Below, one piece after another: positions 12,244 to 23,155 of a stretch of 64,000 bases of DNA (position 1 is its first letter; each line of letters opens with the position of its first letter). The position numbers were made by a program, and so were the translations under genes. The DNA is taken from positions 2,666,001-2,730,000 of the forward strand of contig CATNEN010000025.1 in assembly GCA_950097015.1 (NCBI GenBank), written 5' to 3'. A model generated the notes under the pieces. That model saw only the letters and a program-made list of their open reading frames with translations. It searched no databases and was not told where the DNA came from. This DNA comes from Macrostomum hystrix (taxonomy: Eukaryota > Animalia > Platyhelminthes).

Positions 12244-13530
12244 TAGTTCAGAGACGTGAGAGAAGTATTTCGGAAAAAAATCTAGAAAATACGCCAATAA
12301 ACAAGCAAATTTTGATATTAGTACAGTCAGACAGAGTCGTACAGTCAGACAGACAAAGACATATTTTTAAGATTTCGCATATTTTTTAAGCATGGCTGAA
12401 GGTTCTGAGATGCATACTAGCCTGCCTGACTCACATCACAAACTATCAATAGGTACGATGCTCAACTGCCCCCCACCAGAGAGTTGAGTATTTTTTTGAC
12501 CCAAATTTTAGCCAACATTTTATTTTTACAGGTGACTCTCTCACGGCTGAGAGACCATGGCAGCGGAGATGGGCGGAGGGCTGGACTTCCTGTTCTGCTT
12601 GGGCTCAGGTGAGCAGCTTTTGGGGTTACCCGGTCCAGCTCAGCCGCGGGTCACTTCAGGTCCCCCATCCCGCTATAAGTTAGCCACGAAATCCCCGCGG
12701 CACACAGATCGTCAGGTTTTCCCAAACGGGTTGGCTTGCCGCGGAATATACAGGGGGTAAGAAAATAAGAAATTAATTAAATATTCTCCTTGACTTTATG
12801 CATAGCGGACCGCGCGAGCGCTGCAAATGGGGGAAGTTGCGTAATAATAGTTTGGTCCCCCAATTCAGTCCAGCCCAGTTCAAAAAACGACTTGGATTGA
12901 AATGAAGAAGCATAGGAGAAAAACTGTTTTCTTGCCTTATAGCTGCGCCTTGAAAATTTCCCAAAACTGTTTCTCCCTTGTCTCTCTTCATCTATACTGG
13001 ACTCCCATTCCATACATACCATCTGTGAAACACGAGAGATGGACAGACTGGGCGAACAGACAGATACTGAGGGAGCATTAACGCGCCATCTGCGTTTCTC
13101 CCCCACCCCCGGAGAAAATCAACAACATCGTGTCTGCGGACCGATGACCCGCGAGTTGAACTGCTGCGAACTCCTAACCGTTGCCTATCAGCTTATCGGA
13201 CATGGGAATCCGGCTCCAGCGAACAAGCCTGCCTTCATACTTCAGTTTAATCATTTTGCGGCTTAATCGCTTTGACCCCGTATTCGACTTCTGTGGCATG
13301 CTTGACCTCTTTTTAACCTGCCAGGAATGTTCATTCAGATTTTTGGTTAATCAATTTAACACTGTGTATGGTATGCAATGTGTGAATGTGTATGGAATAC
13401 TTCAGGTGCTGACAGGCAGGTGACAGCTTCCACAACATCAAATCATCGTCTAAGTCAGCCAGTCTGCATGGTGTCTGAAGTTTTCCATCCATGACAGACA
13501 CTCTCCACAACAGCATGTCACCGAGAGTGA

Positions 13531-15301
13531 CATGTCATCATTGATCTAGTCGCATCACATGTCATCATTGATCTAGTCGCATCACATGCCATCATTGATC
13601 TAGTCACATCACATGCCATCATTGATCTAGTCACATCACATGCCATCATTGATCTAGTCACATCACATGCCATCATTGATCTAGTCACATCACATGTCAT
13701 CATTGATCTAGTCGCATGTCATCATTGATCTAGTCGCAAGTCATCATTGATCTAGTCACGTGTCATCATTGATCTAGTCGCAAGTCATCTAGTAGCATGT
13801 CATCCATGATCTAGTCACATGTCATCAATGATCTAGTCATATGTCATCCATGATCTAGTCACATGTCATCAATGATCTAGTCACATGTCATCAATGATCT
13901 AGTCGCATGTCATCAATGATCTAGTCGCATGTCATCATTGATCTAGTCACGTGTCATCATTGATCTAGTCGCAAGTCATCTAGTAGCATGTCATCCATGA
14001 TCTAGTCACATCACATGCCATCATTGATCTAGTCGCATGTCATCCATGATCTAGTCACATCACATGCCATCATTGATCTAGTCGCATGTCATCATTGATC
14101 TAGTCGCATCACATGCCATCATTGATCTAGTCGCATCACATGCCATCATTGATCTAGTCGCATGTCATCATTGATCTAGTCGCAAGTCATCATTGATCTA
14201 GTCATATGTCATCAATGATCTAGTCATATGTCATCCATGATCTAGTCACATGTCATCAATGATCTAGTCGCATGTCATCATTGATCTAGTCGCATGTCAT
14301 CATTGATCTAGTCGCATGTCATCATTGATCTAGTCGCAAGTCATCATTGATCTAGTCACGTGTCATCATTGATCTAGTCGCAAGTCATCTAGTAGCATGT
14401 CATCCATGATCTAGTCACATGTCATCAATGATCTAGTCATATGTCATCCATGATCTAGTCACATGTCATCAATGATCTAGTCACATGTCATCAATGATCT
14501 AGTCGCATGTCATCAATGATCTAGTCGCATGTCATCATTGATCTAGTCACGTGTCATCATTGATCTAGTCGCAAGTCATCTAGTAGCATGTCATCCATGA
14601 TCTAGTCACATCACATGCCATCATTGATCTAGTCGCATGTCATCATTGATCTAGTCGCATCACATGCCATCATTGATCTAGTCGCATGTCATCATTGATC
14701 TAGTCGCAAGTCATCATTGATCTAGTCATATGTCATCAATGATCTAGTCATATGTCATCCATGATCTAGTCACATGTCATCAATGATCTAGTCGCATGTC
14801 ATCATTGATCTAGTCGCATGTTATCATTGATCTAGTCGCATGTCATCATTGATCTAGTCGCATGTTATCATTGATCTAGTCGCATTTCATCGTTGATCTA
14901 GTCGCATGTCATCATTGATCTAGTCGCATGTTATCATTGATCTAGTCGCATGTCATCATTGATCTAGTCGCATGTTATCATTGATCTAGTCGCATGTCAT
15001 CATTGATCTAGTCGCATGTTATCATTGATCTAGTCGCATGTTATCATTGATCTAGTCGCATGTCATCATTGATCTAGTCGCATGTCATCATTGATCTAGT
15101 CGCATGTTATCATTGATCTAGTCGCATGTCATCATTGATCTAGTCGCATGTTATCATTGATCTAGTCGCATGTCATCATTGATCTAGTCGCATGTTATCA
15201 TTGATCTAGTCGCATGTCATCATTGATCTAGTCGCATGTCATCATTGATCTAGTCGCATGTCATCATTGATCTAGTCGCATTTCATCGTTGATCTAGTCG
15301 C
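13531..15301. repeat. 22/27-bp minisatellite with a 600-bp higher-order duplication
   Basis: Units CATGTCATCATTGATCTAGTCG and CATCACATGCCATCATTGATCTAGTCA; 13741-14040 recurs at 14341-14640. Confidence 0.96.
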
Positions 15302-17297
15302 TCGATCAATCTCCGTTTTTCACATAGTCTCATAGCATTCTACGCGCCGAGTCTTTCTGCCTTGTGAAAAATTGACTCTGCTTGTCACTTTGATCTGATG
15401 AGACTTCGTTTGCTGATAAACTATCTAGTTGTTGTCAAAACTTCAATTAAACCAAAAGTCCGAATTCATATGCGGAACTTGCATAAGCTTTTCATTATTG
15501 CAGGTTTTGATCCGGGAAATTTGCATTAAAATTTGAACTTTGCAGATCCAACGCGAGTTCTTATCAATTTCGCGATGTGGCGTCCATTTTGGCCGCTCCT
15601 TCCTGCAGCGCTGATTTCATGGCCCTCCGCGTGGTGCGCAGTCGCCATACAATGAGGACCATTGGGACCCATTGCTGCTGTTGTTATCAATTTCTCGAAC
15701 GCAAAGTGGATGCCACACGAAATCGATCGGATGAGAGGACTTTCGCATCTGTGCTATGGGAACGAGAAAAGGGGAAATAATCTTTGTTAATTTTGATCCC
15801 CAGTCGAATATTACCTCCAGAAATTTGCTTGGTTGCATTCGGCGTATACACAAACTGAACGACTTCTAGGCCCGATTCGCCCTCCCGGATCCGTCTATCT
15901 GCGGTGAAGGTGCAGCCAGGTAAACTTTGCGCCGCCGCAACCTATACTACAGAGCTGTCAAGTAAAGTTTATGGAAAATATGGCACTCCTACTTGTCCCG
16001 CGATCGAACTGAAGGGATAAAGTCGAAAACTGCACACTTCCATTCCAGGTGAGGTCTAGATGGCGGGAGATTTCTCCCATCCCCAGGGAGCTGGACCGGT
16101 AAATATTTATGCCCGGTTCTGCTCTCCCACCAATGCCCCGACTGCCGCCAGATGCCACAGATGTCCATCGTTATAAGCAGCATTTTTGCCCAAAAATCTA
16201 CTGATAGTTTTCCAGATTTTTTCTGACAAACAGTGCTAGCCTGGGTGCAATTTTAGCGCTAAATACTGACGCGCGTGTATTTTACCTGATTAGAAGATGT
16301 CTCGAACAGAGTAGACTGTTAATAAAGTTATTTAGCACTTCACACGTGAAGCTGAAGCTGCATGAATTAAAATATTCATACATTTATATTCATATTCAAC
16401 AGATAATGTGTGGTTAATATTGTACTGCAGGTGTGCCTAGGTGAGGTCTGGCAAGTTGAGAAATGAGTTAAACAAAAAAATAAGTATAATATTGTTACTT
16501 TACTACTACTTCAGTCTACTTTAGTAGTCCTTGGGGGAAAGTTAATAACGATAATTATCACTATAATTTTACACTAATCACAGCAATTAGGGTCATTCCA
16601 GGTTCTGATTTTTTCAGTTTTTTTATAACGGTTAAAAGAAAGGTTTGCTTTTTTGGGGTTATGCGTTTTGGAACTAATTTCCGAGGAAAGTCTATTGCCT
16701 TTTTATATATTTCCTATTACTGAAATTTACTAACGGTTGTAGTTATGGAATGAACTAATTTGACATGAAAAAAACTAGCATTGCTACTGTTAGTATTATA
16801 TGAATTGTCGTGAGTGTGTTTGTACGAGGAAACCAAGGGTAATATACAAGAGCATCGTATTTACAATTTTGGCACTCTTGTAACTGTGTCTGTCACGAAA
16901 GACATAATTTAACAGTGTTTATGAGCCTGCATCGTGTTCTGAGCTTGGGCGAGTCTCAGATAGCTTCGCTCGCAATAATACCAATGGGAAGTTTGGTAAC
17001 AGAAAAAGGGGCTAGCAGCGCCGAACAGTTGTAGAATGTGCTAAGTTTAATGGTTGGAGTATCAATTGGTATTGCAGCAACAATTAAATCAGGATTCAGT
17101 TTTAGCATCTACACTATGTAGTGAACTGTGATAATTAGGAACTTTAGAAGTATGTTTAAATCCTTATTGGTCTATTTTATTTACACTTTGAGCCTCCTTT
17201 TACACATTTTTGGCTATTATTTTTTTTCAAACCTAATGACTATAGATCGAGACAATCTACATGGTTAAATGCTACTGACTACTTCTCATGCAGTCAC

Positions 17298-17369
17298 GGG
17301 GGTATAGCTCAGTGGTAGAGCATTCGACTGCAGATCGAGAGGTCCTTGGTTCAAATCCGAGTACCCCCT
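17298..17369 (+). tRNA. tRNA-Cys-GCA: tRNA-Cys (anticodon GCA)
   Basis: 72-nt cloverleaf: GGGGGTA/TACCCCC acceptor stem, GCTC/GAGC D stem, TTCGA-CTGCAGA-TCGAG anticodon arm, CTTGG-TTCAAAT-CCGAG T arm, U discriminator, and a T-run pol III terminator at about 17376. Confidence 0.97.
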
Positions 17370-18296
17370 CTGATGTTTTTTAGTTCGTAAACATCCTTAA
17401 ATTGCTCGCAAATTTTTGCAACTTTCTGAGCTTTATATGCAACCTTTTTTCTTTTTTTGTTTATTTATTTGTTTCAAGCCCGCGTATTTAGGAATTTTGG
17501 TCGACATTATTGTCACCGCTGATACACATGCCGATATGTATTGAAAAACAAAAGTAAAGCAAGCCAAGTCAAAAATCATAGCAGCAATTAGTCGATGGTT
17601 TGAGTCTTTTGTTTTTAACCATTTGAGGCGTTAATAACGAGTAAAACACCAAGCATATATTTAATTTATTCTTTTTAATTATTTTGTAGAATTTATTATT
17701 TACTAGGTTTTCTATTTCTCTGCAACTACTAACAGTAGACTTAGAGCGAAGTTTTACGCTCGTAATTATTATTATCACTTTTTTCATCTAATGATGCTAA
17801 AAATATGTTTAGATGCTAAAAAAGTATCCACTTTCCGATTCCTTTATGGAAAGCCTAGTGCGAGTTTAGAAGCCAAAAGTTTATGGATAAGTACTCGTAG
17901 ATTACAACTCAAGCAGATGAAACAATTCATTTTAATATTGCGATGACTCAGGCATGCCAAACATAAATCCCTGAGCCAACAAATGGACGAAAGTTTTTTG
18001 GTAACAATTTCACATGTCCACTTGTAGAGAAAATGTGAGAAACACAGGTGCTCTGTAGTGCTCTAGCGGATCCTTCGTTCTCCCGACACGCTCTCGATCT
18101 CAACTATGAGTTCTCGGCACTCAATTTAGGGCACGCAGTTTTACGAAATGCAAGCAAACATATGAGTGCTCAAATCTGAGTCAAGTGTAGACTGGATGGC
18201 AGCGCATGTGGCACATTGTTTTCCTTTTCTACTCCCCTTCATTGCAGCAGCTCTCTCTACCAATCGATTGCTAATTTCCCGGCTCTCATACGTATG

Positions 18297-18307
18297 ATGA
18301 CTCAGCA
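18297..18307 (+). promoter_or_regulatory. ARE/MARE (CNC-sMaf, AP-1-containing) consensus upstream of the sHSP gene
   Basis: Exact ATGACTCAGCA about 870 bp upstream of the ATG; further AP-1 cores near 17945 and 18177. Motif match only. Confidence 0.3.
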
Positions 18308-19177
18308 AAGTATGCGTTTAAATTATGCATCCTAAGTAAGAGCTAAGAATGAAAAGCTGAGTAAGCTTCACGCAAATTAAGTTCTATGTGAGTATGTCAG
18401 ACTGGAATAAGTTCGGGCACTTCTCAATTTGTTTATAGAAACTCAACGAGATAGTCGCATTAATTTCTACAGTTTCAGGAGCTGTATGTTCGGCTATTCC
18501 CGGGTATTTATAATAGGGGCCTACCGAATGTTCACTGAAAAGAAATAGTGAATGGGTCACACGTGTATATCACCCATGTGCACTATCTCTCATATGTGTC
18601 GCGCGGTAGAGAGAAGTGGCAGAGAGAGAGAAAAAGCCAACCCAATGGATTGCCAGAGTTGGGCTGGGCCTCGGATGATGCAGGGGAGACCGGGAGAGCT
18701 TATACAATTGGGAAGCGAGGCCTCGCGCTATTGCCCAAGGGGATAGGCTGGGGCCCAGAAGGTGAATTGACGTAGAGAGAGGGCATGGGGGTGGGTGGGT
18801 GCCGTTGCCGTTGTTGGGAAGGTGGCGTCCGTCCGCTACGCCTTCAGAAATACCCTGCTATACAAGCCGTGCAGCCAATCTCGCATCTCCGCGGCCCTCC
18901 TAACCCCGGTCGTGTACCAACGCTTATCCGGTCTGAATTAAATAAAGGCTGCCAGCCCTCAACCTCCCCTTTTTTCAATCCCCAATTTCTCCGTCAATGT
19001 CTTTAAACGTCAGTCCGCACCAAACCCCCCATAGCGCCCGAAAGAGATAACGCAAACTAGCTGGGGTCAAGCTGACCCACTCCACACCGCGGCAACAAAG
19101 TTCATCATTGAACCGGCTAATAATAAAAAGGAAGGCGCTAAACAGTACTAATTGTCTATTAGCCGTTAATTGACCCG

Positions 19178-19873
19178 ATGACGTCAGAAGAGGACCACGC
19201 GCAGCTGACGGTTTCGCGTGATCCGCGCCGGTATGCCGAGCTCGCAGCCGAGTTCAACCGAGCAGCCGAGGCGGCGGCAACCACAGCAGCACCTGGTCAG
19301 CCGGAGCGCACCTGGTATGATGAGACCTCAGCCCGGCTGGCCGAGAGCCGTCGTCGATGGGAGGAAGAGGTTCGCCTGATGCGCGAGCAGTTTTTCTCAT
19401 CCACAGGACGGACAGAAGGTGGAAGCGTCAGCAGCAGCGGCGCTGGTAGCAGCGGCGGCACTGATGCGTTAAAGGAACGAGCCGCCGCGCTATTGGACGC
19501 GCACACATTCGACCAGCTGTACACGCACACCACCCGACGACCAGATGGTCGACTGGGCCATCGAGTCCGTCTAGACCTGCGAGGCTTCGGCAGCCTCAGT
19601 GAGGCGTCGACTACAACAGCAAGTCCGCCTCTGCAGGTAACGGCCACGGTAACACCTTGTCGGGGTCCGCCTCGCCGGGTCACAGTCCGGGTCAGCGGAG
19701 GCTCCGGTGGCTCGCGGGAGCTTGTCCGAGTAGTCAGTCTGCCTTCTGGCTGCGTGCCAAACAGTCTGACGGCTTGTGTCACAGCGGATGGCGTGCTGCT
19801 TATCGATGCCATTGTGGACGATGAGAACCTGGGCAGTTCCAGTAACAGACAACAGCAGCAGTCAGGCTCAACG
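19178..19873 (+). CDS. Small heat-shock protein with two alpha-crystallin domains (p40/Tsp36-like), exon 1
   Basis: Model 19178-19873 + 20080-20541 = 385 aa. Exon 1 ends at a phase-0 ACG|GTAAGT donor and carries a divergent first ACD (RVRLDLRGF...RELVRVVSLPSGCVPNSLTACVTADGVLLIDA). Confidence 0.85.
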
Positions 19874-20079
19874 GTAAGTAAAAAGCTTGTGCTCATGCTT
19901 GCTTATCACTGTGCTTTCATTTATGGCGAGGCTATCTGGGACAACGGTTTGAAAGCTCTGCGAGTAAACATAGTAGAAGAATCCATTCTTTTGGGTAAAA
20001 AATCGAATACTAAATCAGAAAGAAATATCACTTAAAGCAAGACTCTGACTTAAACGTCGCTTATTTTTTCAATCAACAG

Positions 20080-20541
20080 TCTTCCTCGTCGATACCTACG
20101 CCGAATGCCTCCTCTGCCGATGCAGCCGCGTCGACGGTCTCTGAGGCGGACGAAACACCGCGAATCGTCGCTCTGTCCGACGGTCGACGTCTTGTTCGGT
20201 TGCAGTTTCGTCTGGGTGGCGGCTACAGCCCGTCGGAAGTGAGCGTCCAGGTGTGCGAGCGTCGACTCAGAGTCACCGCTAGGCACGAGGAGAGATCTCG
20301 AGGTCGCAGCTTCTTTCGTGAGTTTCAACGCGACTGCGACCTGCCAGACGAAGTCGAACCAGACGAGGCGGATGCCTCCTTAACACCCTCTGGCCTGCTA
20401 ATTGTAGAGGCTCCTCTGTCGGCCTCTTCTTCTTCTGCAACGTCAGCAGCAGCAGCAGCAGCTGCTGCTCTCAGACCTAATGGTCGCGGTGCTACTCCGG
20501 TACCGGTCCGGGATAGCGCTGCAAATAGGACTGAATCATAG
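20080..20541 (+). CDS. Small heat-shock protein, exon 2 (canonical alpha-crystallin domain)
   Basis: Acceptor TTATTTTTTCAATCAACAG|, in frame. YSPSEVSVQV...VTARHEERS...FFREFQRDCDLPDEVEPDEADASLTPSGLLIVEAP is a typical HSP20/ACD; stop TAG. Confidence 0.9.
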   Translation, partial: SSSSIPTPNASSADAAASTVSEADETPRIVALSDGRRLVRLQFRLGGGYSPSEVSVQVCERRLRVTARHEERSRGRSFFREFQRDCDLPDEVEPDEADASLTPSGLLIVEAPLSASSSSATSAAAAAAAALRPNGRGATPVPVRDSAANRTES

Positions 20542-21208
20542 TTAGCAATTTCCCCTACATTTCTCACCTTCAAGCTTCTTTAGTTAGCAGTTATAAAATA
20601 ATTTTTATAAAGATTTAGCTTCCAAATAACTACGTAATATCTACGAGCCGTACTTACATTAAACGCCGTAGTTCTGCCAATACATATGCGATGAGAACGT
20701 ATTTTCGCACCAAAAACTTACACCATTAAGTCCTTAAGCCACCACTATTAGTTCTTAAGACATTACTGAGGACCATGATGCATCACGCAGACATTGTACT
20801 GAAGTACGTGGGTATCTGCGCTGGCACCCAATAACAAGGCAAGAAAGTAAAAAATCTAATTATGAGCTATATTAATAGGGAATAGAATGGCTATATGGTT
20901 GCTCCGTCGCTTTCATAAAGCTCATGTCACAAGGCTTGTATTGTATTACTCTACTTTTTTATTAGCAACTATCATTAACTTCGTCTGCTATATCTCATTC
21001 TTTTTTAGTTTTCTGTCTTGCAATAAATACGAGTAATTCGAGCGCACAGTCTAGATTAAAAATGTAATGTTTTTCTTGTTTTAATCATTAGCACCCAGCA
21101 GTACTCGAACGGCAGTGTTGAATTTATTATCCTAAGAGTGTACACGCAGAGTACTCGTAATAGTACTCGTTTTATTAACGTCGATGCATTTGACTTTAAG
21201 TAAAACCG

Positions 21209-21547
21209 CTGCAGCGTCTGAGTGATCGTGGTTGTATGAGGCGTCCGTCTCTGATGCAACAGCGACTGAGTGATTGTGGTTGTATGAGCTATTTGGTGTC
21301 CGTCTCTGATGCAACAGCGACTGAGTGATTGTGGTTGTATGAGCTATTTGGTGTCCGTCTCTGATGCAACAGCGACTGAGTGATTGTGGTTGTATGAGCT
21401 ATTTGGTGTCCGTCTCTCATGCAACAGCGACTGAGTGATTGTGGTTGTATGAGCTATTTGGTGTCCGTCTCTCATGCAACAGCAACTGAGTGATTGTGGT
21501 TATATGAGCTATTTGGTGTCCGTCTCTCATGCAACAGCGACTGAGTG
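21209..21547. repeat. 55-bp minisatellite, about 6 copies
   Basis: Unit GTCCGTCTCTGATGCAACAGCGACTGAGTGATTGTGGTTGTATGAGCTATTTGGT. Confidence 0.93.
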
Positions 21548-21729
21548 GCTATCGTATAAGGCCTCTCTTTGGCATGCATCAAAATCGGAGTGAAGCTATT
21601 TAAAGGCGCTGATAATTACGTTCCTTAACGTTCCATATAGGATTCTAATGAGAAATATTTGGGCTTGCAAATGTCGTTAAAACCATGATAGAAAACGATA
21701 CGAACGTAAAAGCCAAAGTGGGATTCCAT

Positions 21730-22690
21730 TGCTCCCATCAATTCATTATCCCCACGTGGGAGCCGGCGACCTTGCGTCTAGAATGCGCCCAGAAGATGGA
21801 ATGTTTTTAGGCTCCTCTCCGAAACATTTCGTGACTCTTATGGACTGGGATTCTTCTAAAAGTTAGGTGAATTAACGTGTCCAGGCAGTCCTTGTCTTAC
21901 AATTCACCATTTCTTACTTCATGCGTGGCCCTCCCTCGCTGCAGCAGCAGTTCGATGGACGATGGGCCCACAGTACTTTGTCCACCTCGATCCATAATTA
22001 ACAGTCCATATAATTTTCTAACTTATCTATCTGGATGAACTCGTTTTGGTTATCCATTTCTGTCTCTGTCGTTTTCCTCTAATAAAAGAGACTGTAACTT
22101 GTAGCGCGCCTCTTCTGTTTAACAGCTGGAGGTTTATCTCGTTCTAACCAAATAAACTACATCTTTCTTTGATGCAAATGTACAGAATAAGGAATTGATT
22201 GGCTTATTAAGTAAAACTCAAGACACTTTTTGAAACATTTTGCGCAACAATGTTCTTCTTTGAGCAATTTAGAGAGGAGAACAACTTTTATCTTAAATTT
22301 TACTGCAGTGCGTAGATACTGGATGCTTTTGTGCGCAGTCAACCACAAGTTGTTCTGATCTGCGTTTTAGTGGCTTCTGTAATTTTCTTTTCGCTTCGAA
22401 TATGAAAATCCCAAAAAACGAATGGACCAGCATTTGCTACAGTAGATTTTTATTTAATGTAGTTAAGAAATTCAGCCACAAGAATCTTTTCGTGGAAAGC
22501 CTCCGGTATTACTGCCGCTTGGATGATATTGAATTTCAGCTGCGCAGATACTAATAAATCTAGTTGTTGTATACCAAATCAGGCCGAACGTCATTTTCCA
22601 ATATGCGTCATTCCTTGTCCTTGCTAAAGGTTTAATCGACAATGGCATCGCCCAACCATTCACTGAGGAAATGCCTGGATTAGAGAGGCA
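21730..22690 (-). pseudogene. Possible highly decayed retrotransposon pol remnant
   Basis: Stop-interrupted minus-strand frames give PPAVKQKRR...WIEVDKVLWAHRPS and PLARTRNDAYWKM, loosely like Gypsy RT/integrase motifs. Ambiguous without a search. Confidence 0.25.
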
Positions 22691-23090
22691 TAACTAAGGC
22701 CCGAGGCTTGGGGAAAAGCGAATAGACAACGTTTGGCGAATTAAAAAAACCGAAAAGGTCGCATTATAAACACGATAAATACAAGTTCGTTTGTACGCTT
22801 TTTATCAGCAGGATCGAGACACGTAAAGTAGATTTTCAGGCCTTTTATTTAGCCCCATCCCCAGTTGTATAGGCTAAAAGCAATTGTTAAACTGCTTGAA
22901 CATACACCGCAAGCGTCTACACGTGATGACGCAGATCACACAGGCGATATTTTCGGCGCGGTTTAACACGTGTTATCTAGGATTCTACTTCAAAACTGCA
23001 TATTTTGAACCATCTTTCTGAACCATTGTTCAGGAAAGTTTATTTAGAAATTATTTGAAATACCCAAAAGTTATGTATCGAAAAATAGGA

Positions 23091-23155
23091 GTGAGTGGTA
23101 GAGCGGTCGCGCGTTTTTCCTCTCGCACCAAGGTCCCTGAGCTCGATTCCGTGGT
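23091..23155 (+). mobile_element. SINE family A, tRNA-like head only
   Basis: GTGAGTGGTAGAGCGG...CCTCTCGCACCAAGGTCCCTGAGCTCGATTCCGTGG matches the heads of the 2242 and 50971 copies. Confidence 0.75.

Noticed and set aside
6853-12297. Repetitive ORFs (LRTTGIWDH, VVR/DNP/LSG, 527-aa SHPSH)
   Set aside because: Each coincides exactly with a minisatellite and is open in several frames, an artefact of unit lengths lacking stops.
12540-13270. GC-rich island with an acceptor, ATG and donor (12557-12609); weak inverted similarity to 16080-16160
   Set aside because: No downstream exon could be joined and the shared stretch is only about 12 bp.
18526-18533. Heat-shock element
   Set aside because: Only two nGAAn units; the third is out of register by one base.
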